The notes under the pieces are model-generated. The model was not told the origin of the DNA, did not search any database, and worked only from the letters and a program-made list of their open reading frames with translations. 64,000 nucleotides of DNA, from assembly GCA_963667015.2 (NCBI GenBank), contig CAXXJJ010000001.1:1184001-1248000 (forward strand), given 5' to 3'. Positions 1-9,666 of this stretch are shown here, one piece after another. The position numbers and the translations under genes are program-made. The DNA comes from Desulfatiglandales bacterium (GTDB lineage: Bacteria > Desulfobacterota > DSM-4660 > Desulfatiglandales > HGW-15). Position 1 is the first letter of the stretch; each line of letters starts with the position of its first letter.

Positions 1-208
1 CTGTAAATGCCTGCCCTGCCGCGCCTTCAAGCTCGGCATGCATCAGCCTTTCCTTACCCTTCATCAGGGGAAAGTCATCTGACTCTGGGTTTCCAATGGC
101 TTCTTCAGTGGTTAATGCACGTGCCTTAACAGTTATATTCACGTCCAGAAGGTCTTTGTCTAAAATATCAAAGGCCCGTTTTTTTATTTCATTATAGATG
201 CTGCTCAT
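1..208 (-). CDS. Partial CDS running off the window; hypothetical protein of the ORP/DUF364-type metal cluster
   Basis: Manual translation from ATG at 208: MSSIYNEIKKRAFDILDKDLLDVNITVKARALTTEEAIGNPESDDFPLMKGKERLM...; start overlaps the stop of the upstream gene. Confidence 0.65.
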   Translation of the reverse strand, partial: MSSIYNEIKKRAFDILDKDLLDVNITVKARALTTEEAIGNPESDDFPLMKGKERLMHAELEGAAGQAFT

Positions 209-933
209 ACTTTATCCTTCATCATGATAAGTCTTCTTGTCCCTTTTATCTGCCTGAAATTTGCCCCCTGGCTTATACATTTAAGGGCAAGATCATTATC
301 CGTAACCATTGTACCAGCAATTGCATCGATTCCATAATCAAAGAGAACCGGCGAAAGAACAGCTGAATCACCAAGCACAACGGTAAATGCATTTTCCTTC
401 TTTAATTTAAGGAGGTCTCCAATGCTGTGATTCGTTATAGCGGTTCCTGTAATGGCAAGAACATCAGCCTGCGGGACAAGGTCGCTGGCTCTTTCTGCTG
501 GATAATCTCCCGGTTTTGGATTTTTTTCAATCACCCACAGCTCGCGGGCAATTCCTCTGAGCTTCGGGATAAAGGGAAAATGACCTATTATCGCAATATT
601 TTTTCCTTCACCTTTTTCGATAATAAGTTCACGGGCGTTGAGCTCGGAACATTTTGATTCATCAACATCAATTAATGAGTTGATAGCAGCCATACCGATA
701 GCCGCTTCCATGATGCTCTCGGAAAGGGCCATTTCAGTGAGTTCACGGGCTGTTTTATCAAGAAGAAAACCAGGGCTTTCTACGAGGGGAGGAGTCTGTT
801 TCAGGGCGTCCCTCGGGAGTGTCGCTCCAAGACCGCAGTACCTGCTTAGCACTCCCGTATGAAATACTCCCTGCCTTATATCCTTTACTTCCGCATCATG
901 GTCAAGTGATGCAATTATCTCTTTCAGTATCAT
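205..933 (-). CDS. DUF364 family Rossmann-like putative heavy-metal chelation protein
   Basis: AAIGMAAINSL, IIGHFPF, ITGTAITNHS motifs; ATG at 933 coupled to the upstream stop (ATGA). Confidence 0.8.
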   Translation of the reverse strand: MILKEIIASLDHDAEVKDIRQGVFHTGVLSRYCGLGATLPRDALKQTPPLVESPGFLLDKTARELTEMALSESIMEAAIGMAAINSLIDVDESKCSELNARELIIEKGEGKNIAIIGHFPFIPKLRGIARELWVIEKNPKPGDYPAERASDLVPQADVLAITGTAITNHSIGDLLKLKKENAFTVVLGDSAVLSPVLFDYGIDAIAGTMVTDNDLALKCISQGANFRQIKGTRRLIMMKDKV

Positions 934-1184
934 GAAAAACTCCTTCCGCAGCAGCTTCCAGGTCCGGCGCATCCCGCGCTGGACGGATCTGATCCGCAGC
1001 ACCCGGTGTCTCCTGCACCGGGAAATCCTGCCGAGGCATTTCCTGAAAAGGAGGACGTCACTGACATCTTTTTTTTAAGATTTTTACTGCCGCATTTACT
1101 GCATTCCGGTATATCACCGGATGAGGTCATGAGTATTTCAACTTCAGTACCGCAGTCAGTACACAAAAAATCATAGATAGGCAT
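930..1184 (-). CDS. FmdB family zinc-ribbon protein
   Basis: MPIYDFLCTDCG...CSKCGS signature with Cys/Gly-rich tail. Confidence 0.85.
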   Translation of the reverse strand: MPIYDFLCTDCGTEVEILMTSSGDIPECSKCGSKNLKKKMSVTSSFSGNASAGFPGAGDTGCCGSDPSSAGCAGPGSCCGRSFS

Positions 1185-1187
1185 TGC

Positions 1188-1637
1188 CTATTCTCCTTTC
1201 GGACTGCCTCCATTTCCTGATTTATAATCATTTACAGCCTTTTCGATTGTCTTTTTTGTCAGTCTTATACAATGCTGCTTCTGGTCTGGGATATCCTCGA
1301 TTTCACGAAAAATATCCCTGTCTGTCATTTTTAGGGCGTAATCAAGGCTTTTACCTTTTATCATGTCCATTGCTGCCATGGCAGAGGCTATAGCCCCGGG
1401 ACATCCGAGGACCTGTATCTTTGCATCCTGTATGATTTCCCCATCGATTTTCAGAGAGATCTTCATTGTATCACCGCAATGCCCTGTCAACTCGCTGATC
1501 TGGGTAGCGTCATCCAGTTCTCCCATGTTTTTTTTTTCAAGATAGTACCTGATCGCCTTTTCAGAATATCCTGAATTTAAAAGCATTTCTGTTGTCGTAT
1601 GAATACTGTCAGTTAATATTTTATTCTCTTCCACCAT
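1188..1637 (-). CDS. NifU/IscU-like Fe-S scaffold protein
   Basis: GHCGDTM, GCPGAIAS, QHCIRL conserved Cys triad. Confidence 0.85.
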   Translation of the reverse strand: MVEENKILTDSIHTTTEMLLNSGYSEKAIRYYLEKKNMGELDDATQISELTGHCGDTMKISLKIDGEIIQDAKIQVLGCPGAIASAMAAMDMIKGKSLDYALKMTDRDIFREIEDIPDQKQHCIRLTKKTIEKAVNDYKSGNGGSPKGE

Positions 1638-1679
1638 TTTTTACTCTTTTACTCCTGTTATCTCGTGTCTATCCTGTTA

Positions 1680-2066
1680 TTAATCCTGTCCGGATTCAAG
1701 ACCTTTGATTCGCCTAAGAGTATTAAGTAGTTCTTCGGCATCAGACCTTCCCGGGTTTGGGGGCAGATGATTCATTAGCCCCAGACCCTCGCTTGCCTCA
1801 TGGAAATCCTTTTCTGAAAGGCTGCTTACAGCCACACAGTTAGTCATCGGGCTGGCAGAGATAAGTCTTTTCGCAAAATCAAGACCGGACATGTCTCCAA
1901 TTTCTTCATCCGTAATAACAAGATCAATAGCATTGTCTTTAATCAATTTCAATGCAGTATCACAGGTTTTGGTGGTAAGAACTTCATTTAATTCATTTTC
2001 TTTTAACGTCGAGATAAATTTTGATAAAGGATCAGTGTTATTGCTGACTATCAGCAATTTAAACAT
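1680..2066 (-). CDS. Stand-alone atypical response-regulator receiver domain
   Basis: DLVITDEEIGDMSGLDF receiver pattern. Confidence 0.75.
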   Translation of the reverse strand: MFKLLIVSNNTDPLSKFISTLKENELNEVLTTKTCDTALKLIKDNAIDLVITDEEIGDMSGLDFAKRLISASPMTNCVAVSSLSEKDFHEASEGLGLMNHLPPNPGRSDAEELLNTLRRIKGLESGQD

Positions 2067-2176
2067 AATTCACTCCTGGAAAAATAGATTACATATAATT
2101 AATGATATGGAGTTGGATTTTCCTATCTAAATCCTAATCTTTTATACCTTTAGCCCTGCGCCATGCGCCTTGTTTT

Positions 2177-2536
2177 TTACCAGTGTCCATCAACATCGGC
2201 GCCGTCAGCATGGGGTAATTTACCATCAATATAAGCCTGTACAGCCTCTTTGATGGTTCCTGAGGCGCCGTTTGCCACGGTAACTTTACCTGCCTGCAGG
2301 GCCTTAAAGGCATTCGGTCCGCAGGACCCTGTTAAAAGCACCTCTGCGCCGCTGTCAACAATACTGCCCGCTGCCTGAATTCCTGCACCCTTCATGGCAT
2401 TTAAATTTGCAGCATTGTCAATTACCTGAAAATCATTGGTGTCCGAATCAACAACTATCAGAAAGGCCGCCCTTCCAAAACGGGGGTCAACCTTTGCATT
2501 TAAATCTGTTCCCTGGGATGTTACTGCTATTTTCAT
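2177..2536 (-). CDS. NifB/NifX-family Mo-Fe cluster-binding protein (Orange protein-like)
   Basis: MKIAVTSQG...VDPRFGRA...GAGIQAA...CGPNAF...DGHW, typical of ORP. Confidence 0.85.
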   Translation of the reverse strand: MKIAVTSQGTDLNAKVDPRFGRAAFLIVVDSDTNDFQVIDNAANLNAMKGAGIQAAGSIVDSGAEVLLTGSCGPNAFKALQAGKVTVANGASGTIKEAVQAYIDGKLPHADGADVDGHW

Positions 2537-2537
2537 T

Positions 2538-2921
2538 CTATGCTCCTCCTCCGCCACCGCAGACCTGGTCATCTTTTATTACTGGAAGTGTCCCTGCAAT
2601 GAGGTCCTCAACAACAGGCCTGATTTCCGGTCTTGTAGCATCATGATATACATCAATTCCCACCTGGCGGAAACCCATAAGCGGTCTAGTGCCTATTCCG
2701 CCGACTATAAGGGCGTTTACATTGTTTTCTGCGAGCAGGTTCACTGGAACCATGCATCCGCCCTGCATATGTTCCCTGTTATTGATGGTTGTGACCTGGT
2801 CAATTTCGCCATCTTTAACGTCTATAAGTGTGAATACATCGCAGTGTCCAAAATGACCTGCTCTTGTTCCGTCAAGCCCACCCTGATCATTTGATGGAAC
2901 TGCTATTCTTCCGTCTTTCAT
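2538..2921 (-). CDS. NifB/NifX-family protein
   Basis: RIAVPS...GHFGHCDVF...GGCMVPV...GGIG; RBS AGGAGG upstream of ATG 2921. Confidence 0.85.
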   Translation of the reverse strand: MKDGRIAVPSNDQGGLDGTRAGHFGHCDVFTLIDVKDGEIDQVTTINNREHMQGGCMVPVNLLAENNVNALIVGGIGTRPLMGFRQVGIDVYHDATRPEIRPVVEDLIAGTLPVIKDDQVCGGGGGA

Positions 2922-3003
2922 GTATAAATCCTCCTGAATAAAAATATAATAAAAATCGTAACAGACATCTTCAAAATGCAAGCTGAGAGTATATCTGTTG
3001 CGG

Positions 3004-3885
3004 TTACTTGCTGTCTACTATATTGTTTAATTTCTCACTTGCCTTATCCCAAATGGCCTTTATATCTCCGCATATATCTGATTCAGGGGCATATTCAAAT
3101 ATGTTTATTCCCTGCACCATTGCCTTTGTAAACACCGGGTCAAAGGGTATGAGACCTAGAAAAGGCATATCACGTTCTTCCGAGTATTGTCTGATCTCAT
3201 CCGCCTTGTCCGGGTTGAGATCATATTTATTTACACATACCATAGCCGGAATCTTAAAAAAAGCAGCCAGTTCGGCAACCCTTGACATGTCATGCAGGCC
3301 GGATACCGTAGGTTCGGTTACTATGAGCACTGCATCAGCGCCACCGATGGATGCAATAACCGGACATCCTACGCCCGGGGCTCCGTCAGTAATGATAAGG
3401 TCCAGGCCTTTTTTTTCAGCCACCTCTTTTGCCTCCCTGCGCACAAGGGTAACCAGCTTTCCTGAATTTTCTTCGGCAATGCCGAGCCTGGCGTGCACCA
3501 TGGGCCCAAAGCGGGTGTCCGAAATATACCATTCTCCGCATGTTTTTGGGGGAAAATCAATTGCCTTTTCCGGGCAAAAGTAAAAACACACGCCGCAGCC
3601 TTCACATTCGATGGGATCTACCTTAAAGTCCTCACTTATCGCGTCCCATTTGCATAATTCCCTGCAAAGACCGCATTCAATACATTTATCATTGTTTATT
3701 ATGGCTTCTCCTCCTCCGCTGAAGAGGGCAGAATGAACTACATCCGGTTTCATTATCAAATGCAGGTCTGCAGCATCCACGTCAGCATCGCAGAGAACCA
3801 TATCTTCTGCCAGGGAGGCAATGGACGAAACCATACTTGTCTTTCCCGTGCCGCCTTTTCCGCTTATTACAACGAGTTCTTTCAT
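3004..3885 (-). CDS. MinD-superfamily P-loop ATPase with inserted 2x[4Fe-4S] ferredoxin (Orp3/4-like)
   Basis: SGKGGTGKT, CIECGLC...C, CEGCGVC...CP, DGAPGVGCP. Confidence 0.9.
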   Translation of the reverse strand: MKELVVISGKGGTGKTSMVSSIASLAEDMVLCDADVDAADLHLIMKPDVVHSALFSGGGEAIINNDKCIECGLCRELCKWDAISEDFKVDPIECEGCGVCFYFCPEKAIDFPPKTCGEWYISDTRFGPMVHARLGIAEENSGKLVTLVRREAKEVAEKKGLDLIITDGAPGVGCPVIASIGGADAVLIVTEPTVSGLHDMSRVAELAAFFKIPAMVCVNKYDLNPDKADEIRQYSEERDMPFLGLIPFDPVFTKAMVQGINIFEYAPESDICGDIKAIWDKASEKLNNIVDSK

Positions 3886-4730
3886 TAACGATTCTCCTGC
3901 ACTATTTTTTCTATATCATTATATAGATTTGCAAATTTTTCTTTCCATTCCGGGAAATTGTCAACCACCAGTTCTCCCCTCGAGTAGGATTCTGCGATTT
4001 TTCTGTCAAAGGGAATCTCCATGAGTATGGGGATCTTTTCCTCTGTCGCAAATGCATTTACCTTTTTGTCTCCCAGATCGGAACGATTTATAATGATTCC
4101 GCAGGGAATATTCAGCAGTTTTACTGCCCCTGCAGCAAGTTTTAAATCATGAAGTCCGAATGGCGTGGGTTCTGTGACAAGAATAATGAAGTCGGTATTT
4201 TTCATGGCCGCTATCACGGGGCAGGAAGTCCCTGGTGGAGCATCGATTATGGTAATACCGTCTTCATCTGCATAACTCCTTACCTTTCTGATGAGAGGCG
4301 GAGACATTGCCTCGCCTACCCTGAGTCTTCCGTGAATAAATTTAATGCCGTTCATATGCCCCTTTTCGATTTTGCCAAGCTCCCGGCCTGTTTCCGAAAT
4401 GGCATTTACCGGGCATACCCTGAAACATCCGCCGCAACTGTGGCACAGGTCAGTAAAGGGTAAAATCGTATCTGCTATACGTACTATTGCCTTGAACTGG
4501 CATATCTCACAGCATTTACCACACAGGGTACATTTCTCTTCATCTATCTTCGGAACAGGCGTTGTGAATGTCTCTTCCGATTCTATCTCAGGTTTAATAA
4601 ACAGGTGGCAATTTGGCTCTTCAACATCGCAGTCCAGAAGTGTAACTCCCGATTTCAGGGAAGCTGACAGGTTTGTGGCAACCGTTGTTTTTCCTGTTCC
4701 GCCTTTTCCGCTAGCTATACTGATAATCAC
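3885..4730 (-). CDS. MinD-superfamily P-loop ATPase with inserted ferredoxin (Orp3/4-like paralog)
   Basis: SGKGGTGKT, DCDVEEPN, CTLCGKC, CHSCGGC, DAPPGTSCP. Confidence 0.9.
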   Translation of the reverse strand: MIISIASGKGGTGKTTVATNLSASLKSGVTLLDCDVEEPNCHLFIKPEIESEETFTTPVPKIDEEKCTLCGKCCEICQFKAIVRIADTILPFTDLCHSCGGCFRVCPVNAISETGRELGKIEKGHMNGIKFIHGRLRVGEAMSPPLIRKVRSYADEDGITIIDAPPGTSCPVIAAMKNTDFIILVTEPTPFGLHDLKLAAGAVKLLNIPCGIIINRSDLGDKKVNAFATEEKIPILMEIPFDRKIAESYSRGELVVDNFPEWKEKFANLYNDIEKIVQENR

Positions 4731-4741
4731 AATTTTTTCCC

Positions 4742-5182
4742 CTATTTGTTTCTTTGTTTTTTCATGTAGATATCCAGCGCTTCATGGAGGGTTCTTTCTG
4801 CCAGAAAGGCGCAGTGCCTGTCTTCATCCGGCACATTGTCACCTATCCTGCTTAGTATGGATTCGCCGGTTATGTCAATTATTTCATCAGGCGTCTTTCC
4901 CATGGCCATGGCCGCAGCAAAGGAGCCGCATATATTACTCGATGCACATCCGTTAGTCATATAGGTCGCATGTACTACTATGTCGTCCAGGAACTTCAGG
5001 AATATCTCCATTGTATCGCCGCAGGTGCCATTCACAGTGGCATGTGCATCAGGATTATCAATGGGGCCTTCATTGTCAGGGTTTATCCATCTTTCTATGG
5101 CCTCGGCAGTGTAGATTTCCCTTAAATCAGCAATTATCTGGGCCTGGGTTTCCTGTACAAATTTATCTAAATCGTCTGTCAT
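4742..5182 (-). CDS. NifU/IscU-like Fe-S scaffold protein
   Basis: GTCGDTM, NGCASS, HCAFLA. Confidence 0.85.
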   Translation of the reverse strand: MTDDLDKFVQETQAQIIADLREIYTAEAIERWINPDNEGPIDNPDAHATVNGTCGDTMEIFLKFLDDIVVHATYMTNGCASSNICGSFAAAMAMGKTPDEIIDITGESILSRIGDNVPDEDRHCAFLAERTLHEALDIYMKKQRNK

Positions 5183-5190
5183 GTTAATCT

Positions 5191-5535
5191 CTAGTGATAA
5201 TCGTGTGTCCCGGCAACCACCTTGATACCTGTTTTACCCTCAATAGCCTTTGCCATGGCTTCAGGATCGGTATAGGGACAACCTGGAGATGCGTTAACCA
5301 GGCATGAGCTGAGATAAACCTCATCGGGCCTCATCTCGGATAGTTTAATCGTCATGCCCACATTTGGTACCAGGCTTCTTCCCGGACACTGGCATTTTAC
5401 AAAACCGATTACCTGTGAAGGTTCACTGAATTTTCCCTCTCCAAGCGCCGCGGCCTTCAGACATCTCCATTCGCCAGGGCAGCCGTATCCACTGTCCATG
5501 TATGACCCGCATCCGACTATCACAACTTTTTTCAT
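5191..5535 (-). CDS. CGGC-domain metal-binding protein
   Basis: GC...CPGEWRC, CQCPG, LSSC...CPY, GTH C-terminus. Confidence 0.8.
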   Translation of the reverse strand: MKKVVIVGCGSYMDSGYGCPGEWRCLKAAALGEGKFSEPSQVIGFVKCQCPGRSLVPNVGMTIKLSEMRPDEVYLSSCLVNASPGCPYTDPEAMAKAIEGKTGIKVVAGTHDYH

Positions 5536-5568
5536 TCCGGTTCCTCCGATCCTGATTTTATAATATTT

Positions 5569-6420
5569 TTACTTTTTATTCGTCTTTTCAACTATCTGAT
5601 CAACCAGTCTTTTAAATTCATCGCTGAAGGATATCTTTTCCTCTTCAAGTTCTGTGAGTCTCCCCTGGTCGGCCATCTTCACAACCTTTGGTTCTATCGG
5701 AAGGCTGGCAAGCAGTTCCACACCCATCTTTTCAGCCATGTCTTTTCCGCCGTTTGCCATGAACAGGTCAATCAGTTCTCCGCAATGGGGGCATTTCAGA
5801 CCGTTCATATTTTCTACAACACCAAGCATCTCCATCTTTACCTGTTTGCAGAAGTTTATGGATTTTCTTACATCAGCAAGGGAAACCTCCTGGGGGGTTG
5901 TCACCACCAGGGCCTTTGCATCCTTTACTGTCTGGGCTATTGTCAGGGGTTCATCGCCTGTCCCGGGAGGGGAGTCAATAACAAGGTAGTCAAGATCCGA
6001 CCACCAGTCCATGTCTGAAATAAACTGCCTGATAACTCCTATTTTTATTGGTCCGCGCCATATTGTTGCAGCATCCTTGTCCGCACCCATTATGGACTCT
6101 ATTGATATAACCTGTAAATTGGGCAACGGCTCAATGGGGATCGCCTTGCCTGATACAGGTGAAACAGCAATGTTTGCATTCATTCCCAGCATTCTGGGGA
6201 TGCTGGGGCCATGAAGGTCAACATCCATGAGGCCTACTTTGAAACCTCTTTTGGCCAGGCTGATGGAAAGAAAAGATGCAACGCTACTTTTTCCGACACC
6301 ACCCTTGCCGCTCATAACGAGTATTTTGTTTTTTATCCTGCCAAGCCTCTTGCTTATTTCCATTTCCTGCTGAGATTGATCATCCAGATTTGCCAGTCCC
6401 GGGTTTTGCTGATTTGCCAT
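5569..6420 (-). CDS. Mrp/ApbC/NBP35 Fe-S carrier ATPase
   Basis: SGKGGVGKS, DVDLHGPS, IWRGP, DSPPGTGDE, ENM..CPHCG; GGAGGA RBS before ATG 6420. Confidence 0.92.
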   Translation of the reverse strand: MANQQNPGLANLDDQSQQEMEISKRLGRIKNKILVMSGKGGVGKSSVASFLSISLAKRGFKVGLMDVDLHGPSIPRMLGMNANIAVSPVSGKAIPIEPLPNLQVISIESIMGADKDAATIWRGPIKIGVIRQFISDMDWWSDLDYLVIDSPPGTGDEPLTIAQTVKDAKALVVTTPQEVSLADVRKSINFCKQVKMEMLGVVENMNGLKCPHCGELIDLFMANGGKDMAEKMGVELLASLPIEPKVVKMADQGRLTELEEEKISFSDEFKRLVDQIVEKTNKK

Positions 6421-6575
6421 GTTTTTAAATTCCTCCAAAATCTTTTTATATTTATTAACAGCAGTTCGGCTGTATTTATAAGTTCCCTGATCTATTCACA
6501 TTTTTATAAAAAATCAAGGTGTAATGTGCAGAATGGCAAAAGCAAAGGCAAAAGTCCTTATCTCATTTTGCAGCC

Positions 6576-6968
6576 TCAGCTTTTTATTCCTTGCCCCGTC
6601 CGTATATTTTTTCTACCACACCTGCGAAGCCCTCTTTTGCATCCAGGCATAAGAAACCTTGGCTGAAAAATATTTCCATGCAGGTATGCCTCCAGCACAT
6701 CCTCTGCAAGGCCTGATATTTCCTGTATCACATCCAGGCCCGATGCGAGAAGCATCTGCAAAAATACATGTGAAACAGCACCACATATAAGGATGTCCAG
6801 GTCAAGTTTTCTTATCCTGTGGCATTTATAAGAAAGGTCGTTTTCATCGATATGATATACAAATCTGGACTCCTCTTTCTGGTCTTTGACTTCCACTACC
6901 AAAAGTTTCAGGGCAGTGTCAAACACCGGAGAGACCTTATCTTCCCATACTGGTATAGCAATCCTCAT
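6576..6968 (-). CDS. NifB/NifX-family protein
   Basis: MRIAIPVWEDKVSPVFDTA...LICGAVS...FLMPGC. Confidence 0.85.
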   Translation of the reverse strand: MRIAIPVWEDKVSPVFDTALKLLVVEVKDQKEESRFVYHIDENDLSYKCHRIRKLDLDILICGAVSHVFLQMLLASGLDVIQEISGLAEDVLEAYLHGNIFQPRFLMPGCKRGLRRCGRKNIRTGQGIKS

Positions 6969-6995
6969 AAAATAAATGCCTTTCAGATAAAAATC

Positions 6996-7030
6996 GCGGT
7001 CCGGGACAGGAGGCTTTTGTCCCGGACCGC
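6996..7030 (-). terminator. 13-bp perfect stem-loop with T tract on the minus strand
   Basis: GCGGTCCGGGACA / TGTCCCGGACCGC, followed by GATTTTT on the minus strand. Confidence 0.65.
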
Positions 7031-7235
7031 TCTTGCCAAGTATAGTGTTGAGAGGCACTATAGCTCAGAGTATGTATCAAGTGATCTCTTATATTCTTTC
7101 AAGCCTTTGTTCTATAGCCTCCGGCACATCATTAAGCATCGTTTCATTCCTGAGGAAGTTTTCTTCCTGTTTTTTGTCATAACAGAGCTGATAAGCTTTT
7201 TTTGATCAGACGCTGTTAAATGCAATTATAGTAAA

Positions 7236-7252
7236 AGCATTTAATATGCCAA
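7236..7252 (-). promoter_or_regulatory. sigma54 -24/-12 promoter of the ORP-like operon
   Basis: Minus strand TTGGCATATTAAATGCT = GG-N10-GC, next to a sigma54 activator gene. Confidence 0.75.
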
Positions 7253-7340
7253 AGATGGGTGATTAACGTGAAAAATTGTAACCTGTTGAAAAGATATAGA
7301 TAATAGTGAATGGTTTTGAATTGTACATTTGCTGACGATA

Positions 7341-7394
7341 TTGCATAAATGCAAATATGCAATGAAATGCTGTTATAGCGTTGCAAAAAAGCAA
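7341..7394. promoter_or_regulatory. Putative enhancer (UAS) boxes TGCA-N4-WGCA
   Basis: TTGCATAAATGCAA (7341), TGCAAATATGCAA (7350), TTGCAAAAAAGCAA (7381), about 90-140 bp upstream of the sigma54 promoter. Confidence 0.55.
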
Positions 7395-8765
7395 TTATTG
7401 TTGTTGAGTCTTTGTCCTTCCGTCCTGGCCAGGCGTGCTGATATTCATCTGTTTTATTTTGCGCCAGAGCGTTGAGGGGTGCATGCCAAGAGATGCAGCG
7501 GTTGTCTTTCTGTTCCAGTTGTTTTTCACAAGGGCATCATATATGTAGCTGCGCTCGACTGCCTTGATGCCGTCATTGCCTATGGGCCGGTCGGGCTCTT
7601 CTGTTTTTGCATTTGCGGCAAGGTAATCGGGCAGGTGTTCAATCCCTATATAGCCATTTTTACAGACAACCGTGGCATAATCCAGGATGTTTTCAAGCTC
7701 CCTTATATTCCCCGGAAACTGGTGGGCCATCAGGACAGGCAAAACATCAGGTTTTAATCCCTGTATGTTTTTACCTTTCAGATCATTAAATCGTTTAATA
7801 AAGTTAGATGCCAGAAGCGGGATATCACCTTTCCTGTCCCTTAAAGGGGGGAGCTGAAGCCTGACAACATTTATCCTGTAGTACAGATCTTCCCTGAATT
7901 TCTTTTCCTTAACCATGGTTTCAAGATTTTTATTTGTTGCTGCAACAAACCGTACATCAGCCTTTTCCGTTTTTGTGCTGCCCAGGGGTTCATAGGTCTT
8001 TTCCTGTATTACTCTCAGCAATCTTACCTGAAGGGCAGGGGATATGTCGCCTATCTCATCCAGAAAAAGGGTGCCGCCTTCGGCAAGGGCAATACGGCCG
8101 GGCTTGTCCTTTTTGGCATCTGTAAATGCCCCTGCCTTGTATCCGAAAAGTTCCGATTCAAGCAGGTTGTCAGGAAGTGCCCCGCAATTGATTGTAATAA
8201 TGGGGCCGTCCTTTCGCGGGCTCAGGGAATGGATGGCCTTGGCAAAGAGTTCCTTGCCGGTTCCGCTTTCGCCCTCAAGCAGAACAGTTGCGTCGCTCTC
8301 GGCCAGCTGTTCGAGTATACCGAAAAGCCGCTGCATTTCCTTATTTTTACTTATTATGTCATGAAAAGAGTGGCTTTTGGTGAGTTCCTTTTTAAGGGTT
8401 TCTACAAGGCTTAAATCTCTGAATGTCTCAACTCCGCCGATTACGTTTCCCTTATCATCCTTGAGGAGCGCTGTTGAAATAGTTATCGGTACGCGGTCGC
8501 CCTCGGAGTTTACAATAAAGATTGACTGGTTAACGGTGGGTTTTCCCGTCTCAACGGTATGTCTGAGGGAGCAGAAGCTTTCGCAGATACTTGCGCGGAA
8601 TACTTCCCAGCAGTGTCTGCCGATTGAATCCTGCTTGCTTATCCCGGTTATTTTTTCAGCTGCGCGGTTGAATGATGTAATCTTCCATTCCGAATCAACG
8701 GTAAATACACCATCCGCTATGCTGTCCAGAATTATTCTGGTTTGATTTTCCTGTTTGTTTTCCAT
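7395..8765 (-). CDS. OrpR-like PAS-AAA+-HTH sigma54-dependent activator
   Basis: PAS with CX8CX3C (CWEVFRASICESFC), GESGTGKE, GAFTDA, FLDEIGD, FPGNIREL, Fis-type HTH. Confidence 0.9.
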   Translation of the reverse strand: MENKQENQTRIILDSIADGVFTVDSEWKITSFNRAAEKITGISKQDSIGRHCWEVFRASICESFCSLRHTVETGKPTVNQSIFIVNSEGDRVPITISTALLKDDKGNVIGGVETFRDLSLVETLKKELTKSHSFHDIISKNKEMQRLFGILEQLAESDATVLLEGESGTGKELFAKAIHSLSPRKDGPIITINCGALPDNLLESELFGYKAGAFTDAKKDKPGRIALAEGGTLFLDEIGDISPALQVRLLRVIQEKTYEPLGSTKTEKADVRFVAATNKNLETMVKEKKFREDLYYRINVVRLQLPPLRDRKGDIPLLASNFIKRFNDLKGKNIQGLKPDVLPVLMAHQFPGNIRELENILDYATVVCKNGYIGIEHLPDYLAANAKTEEPDRPIGNDGIKAVERSYIYDALVKNNWNRKTTAASLGMHPSTLWRKIKQMNISTPGQDGRTKTQQQ

Positions 8766-8839
8766 ATATTTTTCCTGTGAAACGATAACCATATAAATAC
8801 TTTTTGTCAATTTTGCTTCTATTAAAAAAGGAGGTTACT

Positions 8840-9256
8840 GTGAAAACATACAGAAAAGAACTCTGGTTCCATGTCCCCACCAGGAGGGCATTTATTAACA
8901 TCACACCCGATGTGGAGGAATGTCTGAGGGAGAGCGGTATAAAAGAAGGTCTGCTTCTGTGTAACGCGATGCACATAACTGCCTCTGTTTTTATAAATGA
9001 TGATGAATCCGGTCTGCATCATGATTATGATAGATGGCTCGAAAAACTTGCACCTCATGAACCTGTATCGCAATACCGACATAATGTTGGTGAAGACAAT
9101 GCGGATGCCCATATGAAGAGACAGGTCATGGGAAGGGAAGTGGTTGTCGCCATAACCGATGGAAAACTGGATTTCGGGACCTGGGAGCAGATATTTTATG
9201 GAGAGTTTGACGGCAGACGGAAAAAAAGAGTGCTTGTTAAAATAATCGGGGAGTGA
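8840..9256 (+). CDS. yjbQ: YjbQ/UPF0047 family protein (secondary thiamine-phosphate synthase family)
   Basis: [38 protein letters not shown] start after AGGAGG. Confidence 0.9.
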   Translation: MKTYRKELWFHVPTRRAFINITPDVEECLRESGIKEGLLLCNAMHITASVFINDDESGLHHDYDRWLEKLAPHEPVSQYRHNVGEDNADAHMKRQVMGREVVVAITDGKLDFGTWEQIFYGEFDGRRKKRVLVKIIGE

Positions 9257-9371
9257 CCATGAGTGCTATTATCTGGTGAGAAAAACCAACTTTAATATCT
9301 CTTTATCCTTCTAAAAAATCCTTCAATTATTTAACCTGTTGAATTAAAAGGTGAAATTAAACGTGCTGTTA

Positions 9372-9388
9372 TTGGCATGAATCATGCT
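9372..9388 (+). promoter_or_regulatory. sigma54 -24/-12 promoter
   Basis: TTGGCATGAATCATGCT = GG-N10-GC in intergenic DNA. Confidence 0.6.
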
Positions 9389-9666
9389 TTTACACTGGGA
9401 CATAAAAGCCCTGGCAATATGCTGGAACTTCCTGCTGTTGAATTTTCTCAAAGAGAAATAATAAATGAGTTTTTTCTCTCTGAGGGTGTCATTTAGTTAT
9501 CACCCGATCAGCCTGTTATCCCGGTTGCCGCTTACAAAAGGCGTGAAAAGTTTTACCTGCATTCAATATTACCCTCCCAATAAACGCTGACTGTCAGCCG
9601 GGAGTCGGGATAACAGGTTAGAAAAATCAAAACAGCCTATCGATAAAACACTCACAGGAGGAAAAA

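Noticed and set aside
2177..6968. NifX/NifU genes as evidence of nitrogen fixation
   Set aside because: No nifHDK; the composition matches ORP-type clusters
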